Assembly: GCA_012295275.1 (NCBI GenBank)
Contig: CM022679.1
Span: 31,496,001-31,560,000 of the forward strand
Origin: Chrysomallon squamiferum
Lineage: Eukaryota; Animalia; Mollusca
DNA: 64,000 bases
Direction: 5' to 3'
The notes beneath the pieces were generated by a model. It ran no database searches and had not been told where the DNA came from. It saw only the letters and a list, made by a program, of their open reading frames with translations. Both the position numbers and the translations under genes were made by a program. Shown piece by piece: positions 44,315 through 55,013 of the stretch. Position 1 is the first letter of the stretch. The number at the start of each line of letters is the position of its first letter.

Positions 44315-45500
44315 TTTTCAAAACGACTTTCCTGCTTTATATCAATTATTATTAGTAGTATCAAAGGTTTAATCAAAGTAGGATATATTAATATACTTTC
44401 TATATACTTTTCTGGTCAGTGTTTATGAACTAGATATAGTGTAAATGTCAGTAATTTATATGTTACAGTTTGTTTAACAATATTTAAACTGTTGTAATAA
44501 TTTACATGTCAACGTTTCAGATTTTTCTTAACGTCACTGTAGTCTTGTTGAAAGTACAATAATTAAAAAACAAAACAAAACAAAAACTATATCATAATAA
44601 TTTTAAGAAAACAATACAACAGAATGATTAAATGTTATATGAAATCTGGATCATATTAAAACTGTTATTTTGATTATATATCAACATTTGTATGTAGCTT
44701 TACTTTCAATTATGTGAATAGGGGTTCACCATTTCCAGTTTATATATGTTTTAGTTGTTTACTTTTTGTACACCAGTGTCTGTCATCAAAATTATAACTA
44801 AATTAATCTTTGACTATAATAATATCTAGAGACTGAATAAATATTCATATTTCACATACTATTATTAAAATGATAAAAAAAACGAACACCAAAAACCCCA
44901 TCTAAAAAAAAACCCCACGTACAAAACCAACAAAAAACAAACAACAAAACAAAGAAAAAGAAAAAAGAAAAACAACCGAATATTCATAGTCAATACATTT
45001 ATAGTATTATTACATTTTAATATCTCATAAACATTCTTATATTACATTTCACATTCATTATCTAGATACACAGCTGACTGAAATTCCAAAAAATTAGTTG
45101 CAGTCTATTTATGAAGTAATAATTTATTTTAACAATTATTTCCTAATTACTTTGAAAAATCAGAATAGGTAGATTTTATATTAACTATACTAGAACTTCA
45201 GGAGAAAAGGGTAAGCTGAAAAGAAAAAAAAAAAACAACCATGAACTACCTAAAATTTAACAGTTCAGAAAATCTTTTGCGTACCTATAAATATAAAATA
45301 AAATAAACAAAATGAAAAGTAAAATGAATAAAATAAAATAAAATAAAATATCATAAAATAAATAAATAACAATTAAGTCAGATAAAACTTCAGGAATATG
45401 AAGGAAATACAATAATTATGATATTTTGCATATGTTTAAAGTATCACAGTGTGGTAGATTTTTGTTAACAGTAATGAAGAACGGTAAAAATGTATAGATG

Positions 45501-45535
<35 letters not shown>

Positions 45536-46178
45536 TTGTATAAATATATATATGTGTACATATATAAACATCTATTTATGTATGTATCTAGCAATAACTA
45601 TAAGAATGATAATAATAAGGAAAATTAAAATTAATACAGTTGCAAAGAAATCATGTATTTTTTCTACAGAACTGTAGCTCATAAAAACTATTATTTACCC
45701 TAACACCGAACTGAATATTTTTTTCTCCCTAATTCATCTGTTGTAATCAGTAAAGTATAATTTTAAAAATTTCCTTCCTCCTTTATGTCAGTTATTACAA
45801 AAATTTCAAAGGGTTTAATCAAATCAGAATATAGTCATTTTCTATACAAGTTTCGTCTGATTAAGTTCAACATATGGCTTAAATGTCAATAGTTTATACG
45901 TTCAAGCTATTTCACTACTATTATAACAGTCAAAGTTATACAAAGTAGAATGTATACTTCAGGGACAGTTTATCTAGGAAAAAGACAGAGTCAGTAGATT
46001 ATTTGTTTCTGTTTATCTACGAATATTTTAAAAATTAATTTGCATGTTAACGTTTCAGATTTTGCTTGACTTTTCAGAGGTCATATTAAAACTCTTTTAC
46101 AATAAGAATTTATATAAAAAAAAAGAAAACCAAAGAAAAAAACTTACAGCAATTGCATTGCATGTTACTAAAACAATT

Positions 46179-46219
<41 letters not shown>

Positions 46220-46680
46220 GACTTCAGAATATGTTAATCAAATTCATTACATGTATTTTGATCTTTTTCTATTACAGGGTTTGTCTGTAAGTCCAATCAT
46301 TAGACCTAGTAACTAAATTAATATTTAATTTACTCATCTAATAAATATTCATATTGATATATGTATATATATTTGTATTATACTTTCAAATAACCCATAT
46401 ATTTACATTGTAATTAAAACTATAACAATAGCAAGTTATATCTAAGGAATATTAATATTTCCATTATTAAATAACTTTTTGCTATTATTAAGTTTATAAC
46501 AACAGTAATAGTGTAATCTCATAAATGTTCACCACTAAAATTTCATATTAGTTTCATATAAGTCCACAGATGGTTCATTGTATATACACATAGTTAAGAT
46601 CTGTTTATAAAATAATAATTACTTAGTTAATTACTTAGAAATCTAAATTGGAAAGTTTTATTAACAAAAGTAGGTCTTCA
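44085..46680 (+). pseudogene. Two remnant paralogous 3' ends of the secreted-peptide gene family
   Basis: AACGTTTCAG|ATTTTTCTTAA (44521-44531) and AACGTTTCAG|ATTTTGCTTGA (46059-46069) match the terminal exon at 49901. Flanks 44090-44620 resemble 48730-48800 plus 49735-49968. No upstream exons found. Confidence 0.5.
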
Positions 46681-46919
46681 GATTTATTACAGATTTCTGT
46701 GAGATATACGTATCAGGTGATCTAATTCTATATTCATGCACTGTGTATAAAAAGAGGAGATTTTTTTGTGAAAAGCAAAGACGAATCCAAGAGAAGAGAA
46801 AGTTTTAAAGAAGAATCAGAGAAAATATTTGTCTTCATTCACTAGTTTCACATTCCTTTACATTTAAGTCTATATTTATATATATATTTATTTAACAAAG
46901 AAAATTATATTATGTGTTC

Positions 46920-46955
<36 letters not shown>

Positions 46956-47188
46956 CTCACTCTACATTCATACATAAAGTTGTCTCGGTTACCGATAGAT
47001 ATCGTCGTTAGCCTTCTAAGTGCACAAAATAAACACATCCATGCATACATACACACCCTATTCTCTTGTACTCACTGTAGGTATAATAGTGTTATACAAC
47101 TATAGTTTTTCACATATTTGTTTACTTATATATATAAACATACTCACATACAAAAAAAACACACCTAGATACACAGATACATACATAC

Positions 47189-47367
47189 GGTTTTCTTGCG
47201 GGCCGAGTGTTTTCGGAGTTTGGGGAAATGGGTGTCATACGCTGGCATCTCTTCATCAACGTCTGACGGGGTTTGTGAGGTCGCGACTGGACTTTGTCCT
47301 GTTACGTTAGAGCGTTCCCGAGTGTTACCTAAGGGTAGAGTCTAATCAGACGTATATAAGACTGAGA
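47189..47367. mobile_element. GC-rich insertion in an (ACAT)n microsatellite, probable retroposon fragment
   Basis: About 180-bp CpG-rich block flanked on both sides by (ACAT)n. 47228-47241 is the reverse complement of 55487-55500. Confidence 0.55.
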
Positions 47368-47513
47368 ACATACATACATACATACATACATACATAATAC
47401 ATACATACACACACATATATATATATACTCAATGATACAGATATACACACACATACACACTCTTTCTGAGTAATAGTTTACATAATAAATTTACAAAAAA
47501 ATATCTGTTTCAA

Positions 47514-48171
47514 ATGAAAGTATTTCAGCTCTCAGTTGTAATGTTTCTTCTGTTGGTGCTTAATTCATCTCCGATATTAGCTACTGTTACGTATTCAGAA
47601 TGTGTGGAAAAATGCAGGTAAGTCTACAATCGGCTTAACAGGTTCAGTAATTAGAAGTAATTTGTATCAAAAGCGAATCTTCGATCACGTTAAAAAAATG
47701 TGAAAATATTGTAACACCATTTCTCTTGCCTATTACATATATTATATATTCAGTTTATCACTTCTACACACTTTAATAGTAGTATGAAAGCTAGTAAAAC
47801 AGATAATATTGAAGATTCTGTAAATATAGATGTTTTATAAGGTATATAATATAAAAGAAAAATCTCTATCACGTTCGTATTTTATTTTTTATTTTATTAG
47901 TGGTTTCTTGCCAGATCCTTCGTAAGTATCATTTTATTATTATTCTATTATTCTATTAGTCTTTAAACTGCGTGTAAAACCCAACACACTACTACTATTA
48001 TACTAGTAAAACCCAACACACTACTACTATTATACTAGTAATACTAATACCACTACTACAACCTTCAGTATTATTAATATTACTACACTGCCAATACAGT
48101 ATATTATACTACCACAGCATTACTACCATACTTCTATTATACTAACAAATATTGCTGCTATTGCTATTGCT

Positions 48172-48212
<41 letters not shown>

Positions 48213-49564
48213 GCTAACATTATTATTATCATTAGTAGTAGTAGTCCCATCACTATTAAATATAATTCTTTCAGATTAACTGTACTCTATAGTATCACTA
48301 CATTACTTCCACACTACTACCATTTCTACCATAGCTACTACTTTTACACTAGTACTATAATATCCTGTATTAGTGCTATTGCTATTACTGTTATAATGCT
48401 GTTACTATTAATATTATCACTTCTAATGGTGGTTCTTTCAGATTAACTGTAAGGCAAAGTGATATATGTATACATTATTAAAATACTTTATACTGATTGT
48501 TGATGTTCTGTATATCATCACTGGCCACATTTTTCAGGAAATGCCCAAAATGCTGTGCTGATGTTGAAGAGATTGGAAGTAAGATGAATTTTATTTTCTT
48601 AAAGAATTTTACACAGGCACAGGCACAGACAGACACGTACATACGCTGAGGCTAATGTACTCTCACATACACACACACACGTATATATGTTTTTTACAGA
48701 CATAGACATGGACATACAGAAATGAACAAACACGACTGTTATTCATTGTAAATGATTTTAGTAAAGTGAACAGTTTACACGAAGTGGTCATTCAGACACA
48801 TACATACGTACATATATATATATATATATATGAATCTGCAGATCCTGTACATACGTATGTGATGTTGCATATATTTTAGAGAATATAATAATAAAAATAT
48901 CTCCTCGTTCAAGCTTTTGCTGGTATTCTGAAAGTTTCGATTATGTATGTATCATTTGCATGAAATTTCACCAATTAAGAATCATAAAATCACCAATTCA
49001 AAAGAACAGCAGTAACATTAACAGTAATTATAAACATGATAATAACAATAACAGTATAATAATAATAATAAGATCCCAGCTATAACAACAAAAACAATAA
49101 CAATAATTATAATTTTATTTTAAAATAAGCCCAGTTATATCATTTTAATAAGAATCTCCATTTTTTTTCAAACATCTCTGCCTTCGAAACCAAATTAGAC
49201 CAATAGCTGATCACATTGTTTAGCTATAGTCATAACATCCCAAATATTTAGAATAAAGTATATGGTAGGACAAATATTACTATTATCATTAAATTATTAT
49301 ACCACTACAGCGATTTGAAAAGATGTGTGTGTGTGTGTGTGTGATAAATGCATTATAGAGTAACTGGGCTTTCTCATAGTAAATATTTTCAATTGTTAAA
49401 GAACGTTATAATGTCGCGAATATTTATTCTTATTTAATGAAGATTTATTAGAAAGGTTACTTAATTTAGTAAAAAACAAAAGTAATAAATAAAATGTGTA
49501 TATGTGTGTGTGTGCGTGCGTGTGTTTCATTTAATAACAATAACAACAACAACAACAACAATAA

Positions 49565-49595
<31 letters not shown>

Positions 49596-49920
49596 AAGAA
49601 GAAGAAGAAGATGATGAAGAAGAAGACAAAGACGAAGATACAGAAGAAAAGAAGTATAAACATTTTTTAATTCAGTACAATCGTTAACATATTTTGTTTC
49701 CTGCAAAATATGCAATATTAGTGAATCATATTATAAAAATTATTAACACTGAAAGAAATACATCACTTTAATAAACCTCATTTTAAATACTTTTCTGGTC
49801 AGTGTTTATGAAGAGAAATAGTGAGTAAATATGAGTAATTTATATCTTACAGTTTAACAATATTATAACAATTGTAATCATTTATATGTCAACGTTTCAG
49901 ATTTTTCTTTACGTCACTGA
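47514..49920 (+). CDS. Small secreted Cys-rich peptide precursor (61 aa predicted)
   Basis: Exons 47514-47617, 47901-47921 (21 nt), 48538-48578, 49901-49920, all GT-AG. Translation MKVFQLSVVMFLLLVLNSSPILA-TVTYSECVEKCSGFLPDPSKCPKCCADVEEIGNFSLRH*. The hydrophobic signal peptide is clear; the last-exon assignment is inferred from phase. Confidence 0.75.
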
Positions 49921-49969
49921 AGTCTTACTGACAATATTTATGATAATTTTAGCAAAACTACATCACAAT

Positions 49970-50289
49970 AAGCTTGCATATAAGCTGAAAAAATGGTGGA
50001 CATAAGCTCAAAGATGTTTCAGCATATAAACTACCGAATGAGCTGCATTCTTCAAGTTAGTCGCATCTTCAATGGAACATTTAAAGCATTTGACAAACAC
50101 ATTAATCTTGCAAACTAAAAAGAACGTAAGTCTGGTGAACGAAAAGCGGAGATAATTCTGGGTTTAGTTTTGTTATGGGGAGGAAGGTATTTCACGTGTT
50201 CCTCTTCGTGGTGTCGGTCCCGGAATAGGCCGGGTTTGCTGATAGAGAGATGTGTACTGCTGCAGCACGAGGAGGTGGTTCAGGTCTCC
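49970..50289 (+). mobile_element. Probable 5'-truncated retroelement 3' end with an (ACAT)n tail
   Basis: Interrupts the homology with 44540-44620. The GC-rich end has stems CCTCTTCGTG/CACGAGGAGG and CCCGG/CCGGG, followed by (CATA)n. Confidence 0.45.
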
Positions 50290-51585
50290 ATACATACATA
50301 CATATGACATAGATAAGACATACATATATGCTTACACCTATACAAACATATATACACACAGACACACATACATATATACACATGTACATTCAAATGTATA
50401 TATGTGTTTATATATATATACAGACAGATGTACATACATAGATACATATACATACATACAAACATATATACATACACTTTGTCAAGAAATGCACACTCAT
50501 ACACACACATCTATATACATATCTATACATGAATACATACATGCTTACCCTAATACAAACATATATATACACAGACACACATACATATACAGACATGTGC
50601 ATACATATGTGTATATCTATGCACACACATGTACTACATACATATATACATATACATACATACCTATATACACTTTTATGTTCTTTTTTTCTAATAAGCT
50701 ATAGGTAGTAAGATAGATAACTGTTCATGCATTTAAAATTCAATTATTTTACGTAATCTTCTTAGTAGCTGTTAAAATAGAGGCAGACAGACAGAGTGTA
50801 TGACAGATGTACAGATTAAAATATGTCAGTTTTCTTTTTAAGCTGTAACAATTTTAATATGTTAGACTGATTTATACTTTTCTGTCGTAGTACAGAATAA
50901 TATAATATTCAAATCTTTGATACAAAATATTTTATTACATTCGTACATGATTTTAAAAAGCTCGTGTAATCGATATCATAGATATTCTTCCAAGAAGGCT
51001 GTTGAATAACACAACTGTTTTTGATATTTTCACATGATATATATACATTTTATCATTAAAGTATCTCGACATTAAAGAAATTTAAAGGACAGAAAGACCG
51101 TGTGACAGATATAGAGATTAAAATATGTCAGATAACTTTCTAAGCTGTCATAATTTTAACATTTACTGCCAGATTTGTAATTTTTTGTCGTTGTAAAGAT
51201 TAATATAATATTCAAATGTCTGATACAAAATATGTTATTACATTAGTACATGATTATTTTAAAAGGCTCGTGCATTCGATATAGTACACTTTCTTCCTGC
51301 TAGTTTGTTGAATAACACTACTGTTTTCGGTAAGATATTTTCACATTTTATATATATTTTTTAATGATCCCGACACTTCTAATAAATTTCATGAAACAGT
51401 ATTCACAATCATTTAATAAGACAATGTGTTGGATTTGATAAATAATCATCCTATAGTAGATACTTCATATATTATAATAGTCATTATATTAATAAGCGTA
51501 AAAAGAAAACAAATGTATATTTTAATCACTAAAAAATATATTTATTTCTCTAAGAATCTGCATGTTTCAGTTGACCTGGTTTGCA

Positions 51586-54003
51586 ATGTCTGTACTGAAA
51601 CTGAAAATGTTTCTCGTCTTACTAATTTTGGGATCAGTGGTGGCCGTGTCAGCTGTTGAATGGGAACCTTACAAACCACTGTAAGATTTATTTTAGCTGT
51701 CTTCCTATGTGAATCCAAATGTAAATTATTTTATTTTGTAAGATTTATTTCTGTTCTTCTTACTCAATAAATATCAGACAAGGTTAGAAATTTCAAGACG
51801 AAGGATTCCAGATTCAGACTATTTAAATGTGTCTTTGTATATCCTATGCTCGCTGTTATTTACAAGTATATGTTATAGAGAAGGAACTAATTCCATTCAT
51901 ATTTTGTGTAAAAGGCTTTATTATATTATTATATATATTTCTTTTTTCCACATGTTTCAGTCCACCGTGAGTATAATTTATCATTACATGACATTCACAC
52001 AATATTTCGGTCCTGTATAAAGAAACATACTGTATCAAGTAAACTAATAGCATACAAACTAAAATTAGGAAAAACAATCTGTGAAATAGTGTTTCCTTCT
52101 AATCCAATAATAAAAAAGAATTAGAATTATTAAGAGTTGAGAATCAGTTTATGTTTCTCTTTCTTTTTCTGTCTTTCTTTGTTTTGTTTTCTTCCACAAC
52201 CGTAACAACTTAGACCCAAGTGGAAATGGAAATGGAAAAAAATTAACGTGCTAATCAGAGCAAGCTGTTGTGAAGCACGTATTAGACCCAAGTTGTTATT
52301 TTACTAAATTATACTCATATCAGTCTTCACTTTTCAAAAACAGATTGATGTTTTATAAGTGAGTATCAATTTATCTCCACACAGAAGTGTGTGTGTGAGA
52401 GAGAGTGGCAATCAGCAGCAAAAACAACAAAATAATGATGATGATAATACTAAATTGTACTAATATCAGTGTTCACTTTTACAGATACAAAAGGAGTATT
52501 GTTAGGTGAGTACAGCCAAACCACCTACACCACAACTGCAACCGCCAACACAAAAAACAACATAATCAACAACAACAACAATAAGAATAATAATAATAAT
52601 AATAATTGATGATTCCGATGAATATTATATGTGTTGATGAATAGTATGTGGACAGCGATGAATGGTAATAGTAAGAAATGTGATAATTATTTCATTATTA
52701 TGTCTGCTGAAAAATTGATTTTTATTTTTATTTATGTGTTCCCTTCAGAGAATGGTATGTGTCAATTATCAGTAGGGAACTTAACTGTATTTACAACAGT
52801 ACCAAACAAATTCTTACATCAAAATTGAAGTAACAAATACACATCTGACCTGTTGTAATTTTATGCACTTTAATATAAATATTTTTAAATGAATTTTGAG
52901 AAGACTAACCATGAGATGGATCCAAATTTACTTTTAAGTTCCGATACTTATTATTTGATTGATAATTGTTGTTTCTCTTCAAAATATTAAACAAACAAAC
53001 AGCCTGGCAAGTCTCATTCTCTTAAATTGTAAGACAATTTAATTCAGCAGAAATATTATATATTGGGTCTTAGTTTTGTAAAACCAGAAACCATTAAAAA
53101 CAAGTCTCTTTGATATATTCGTAAGTTAATAGAGAGCACCCCACCTGGAAAAAGAACTGAATGGGGATTTCATGCAGTATGAACATAAGGGCATTAAAAC
53201 AGACGACAGTGATAAAAAATAAATTGTTAAAAAGGACCTCATTATATATGACAATGCTGATAATGCTGAATTCATTTTCTAACAAATGGACACTCAATCA
53301 GTTTATGCTTTTTAAACATTCACACTTCTTTTGCTGTAAATGTATAATGTTTTCAATCCCTGTCTAAGTGATGTCCATTATCCTTACTATTGTACTAATT
53401 CAGCACTTTTTTCTTTACTTTTATTTTACTATTTCTATCAGGCTTACATAAAATAATAATAGTAAAATAAAACGAAAAACTTAGTTTCCATGATTATTTA
53501 TCTTTATAAAACATGTACAGAGCTGGCTTGTAAGTCTCATTCTCTGAAACTGTAAGACAAATTACATCAGCAGAACTATTATACTGGGTTTTAGTTTTCG
53601 TAATACGCATAGAAACTATTAAATATAACTGTCACTGAATTGCACCGGTTCGGAATAAAATTATATTTTTTAATGTTGACAGGAGGCAGTTCCACCATTT
53701 AGAAATACAAGAATTCAGTTTCAGAAGACCGTACAAATGTCCAAGCTTATGATTTAAAAATCTCAAAAAATAAGTGAAACATTTCACATTACTGTCTAGC
53801 ACTTTGTAAATTCATACCACAAAGGTGAAGATATAATCACGTTTGTGAACAAACCCACGACAAAATCATACTCACATTAAATTTCCTAATTTATCCTTCA
53901 GACAGTATATATATATTTTTTTCCTTTAACAAAAGACAATAATGTATATTACAGTTTATCTAATGCGGACTATAACAAAATACATTATAAGAAAAAAAAA
54001 ATG

Positions 54004-54035
<32 letters not shown>

Positions 54036-54145
54036 AATAATAATAATTTAAAAAAATGATATTTAAATTTCTAGAAGATATACTGAATTTAAATTCAAAT
54101 CGTTTTTCTCCAAATCTTAAGAATATCATGTGTTCAGTTAAATAA

Positions 54146-54204
<59 letters not shown>

Positions 54205-54833
54205 CAACAACAATAATAATAATGATAATACTCTTACACAGCAGTTCAGATAAACTTAGTATTTTAAAGACGATGTCAAAATGAAGAGAAAAGATCGGAA
54301 CAGTTCGTTATCAATAGGTGTATAGAGGTCATCTCAAGTAAAATAAAACAAACATGTCTCCGAAATAAGAAAAAATGTAATTTGTATTTTCAGGAGAGGC
54401 GCACTACCTGTTATCTCTGATTTGCTTCACATCAGAAGTTGTAAGTGAAGTTATTTTTGTCTAAACTAATACAAGAAAGAAAATGTTTATTTTTGTGGAT
54501 ACTTATGTACGTAACTAAGCATATATCACTCAGTGAATGTATGTATGTATGTATGTATGTATGATTGTATGCATGCATATATGTATGTAGATGTATGCAT
54601 AAACGTGTGTATCTATGTATGTAGGTATGTCATCCATGTGTGTATGTGCATCTACGTATGGATAGATAGATAGGGACTGAAGAATGAATGGATATTGATA
54701 AAAATAATGTCTCATTTAAATTTCTAAATTCTTTAATTATTGCCGGCAGAGAGCTGATATTATGTATTTATTTACTGTTTTTCTCGTTTCAGTGTCAGGA
54801 AAAGAGGGAGAAAGCAAGATGAGTTCACGATAA
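51586..54833 (+). CDS. Micro-exon secreted peptide precursor, copy 1 (71-76 aa)
   Basis: Exons 51586-51680, 51961-51966 (6 nt), [52344-52358, 15 nt], 52485-52505 (21 nt), 52749-52754 (6 nt), 54394-54440, 54793-54833; non-coding exon donor at 51330. Translation MSVLKLKMFLVLLILGSVVAVSA-VEWEPYKPLPP[LMFYK]YKRSIVREWRGALPVISDLLHIRSLSGKEGESKMSSR*. Confidence 0.8.
52210..52293 (-). mobile_element. 60-bp retroposon 3' fragment with a 12-bp target-site duplication
   Basis: TTAGACCCAAGT at 52210-52221 and 52282-52293 flanks an insert that ends in (TTTCCA)n on the minus strand. The insert is absent at the paralogous site near 58815. Confidence 0.8.
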
Positions 54834-54939
54834 TAAAATATTGTGTGATGAAAACACTTAAGTGTCTATTATGAATCTGTTTAACCTATTTCTATCATTC
54901 TATTTAGATAAAATGTCATAAAATCATTAACGATTTAAC

Positions 54940-54944
<5 letters not shown>

Positions 54945-55009
<65 letters not shown>
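54945..55009. repeat. (CT)n microsatellite; longer paralog at 61571-61687
   Basis: Perfect dinucleotide run. Confidence 0.95.

Positions 55010-55013
<4 letters not shown>

Noticed and set aside
48442-48448. 7-nt candidate micro-exon ATTAACT in the Cys-rich gene (similar block near 48275)
   Set aside because: Shifts the frame and destroys the CPKCC exon reading.
50192-50289. HDV-like or hammerhead ribozyme (ACCTCCTCGTG on the minus strand, CTGATAG on plus)
   Set aside because: P1, P1.1 and the hammerhead core could not be built; only simple stems are supported.
50252-50704. ORFs rich in Tyr/Thr/His/Ile or Met/Cys/Val/Tyr (also near 56.8-57.3 and 62.9-63.3 kb)
   Set aside because: Translations of (TACA/TA/CA)n compound microsatellite, open on both strands.
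53521-53529. 9-nt candidate micro-exon AGCTGGCTT|GTAAGT (paralog 60059-60067)
   Set aside because: Poor pyrimidine tract, and it creates TGA after the AGAATG exon. Possible only if that exon is skipped, so it was left out of the model.
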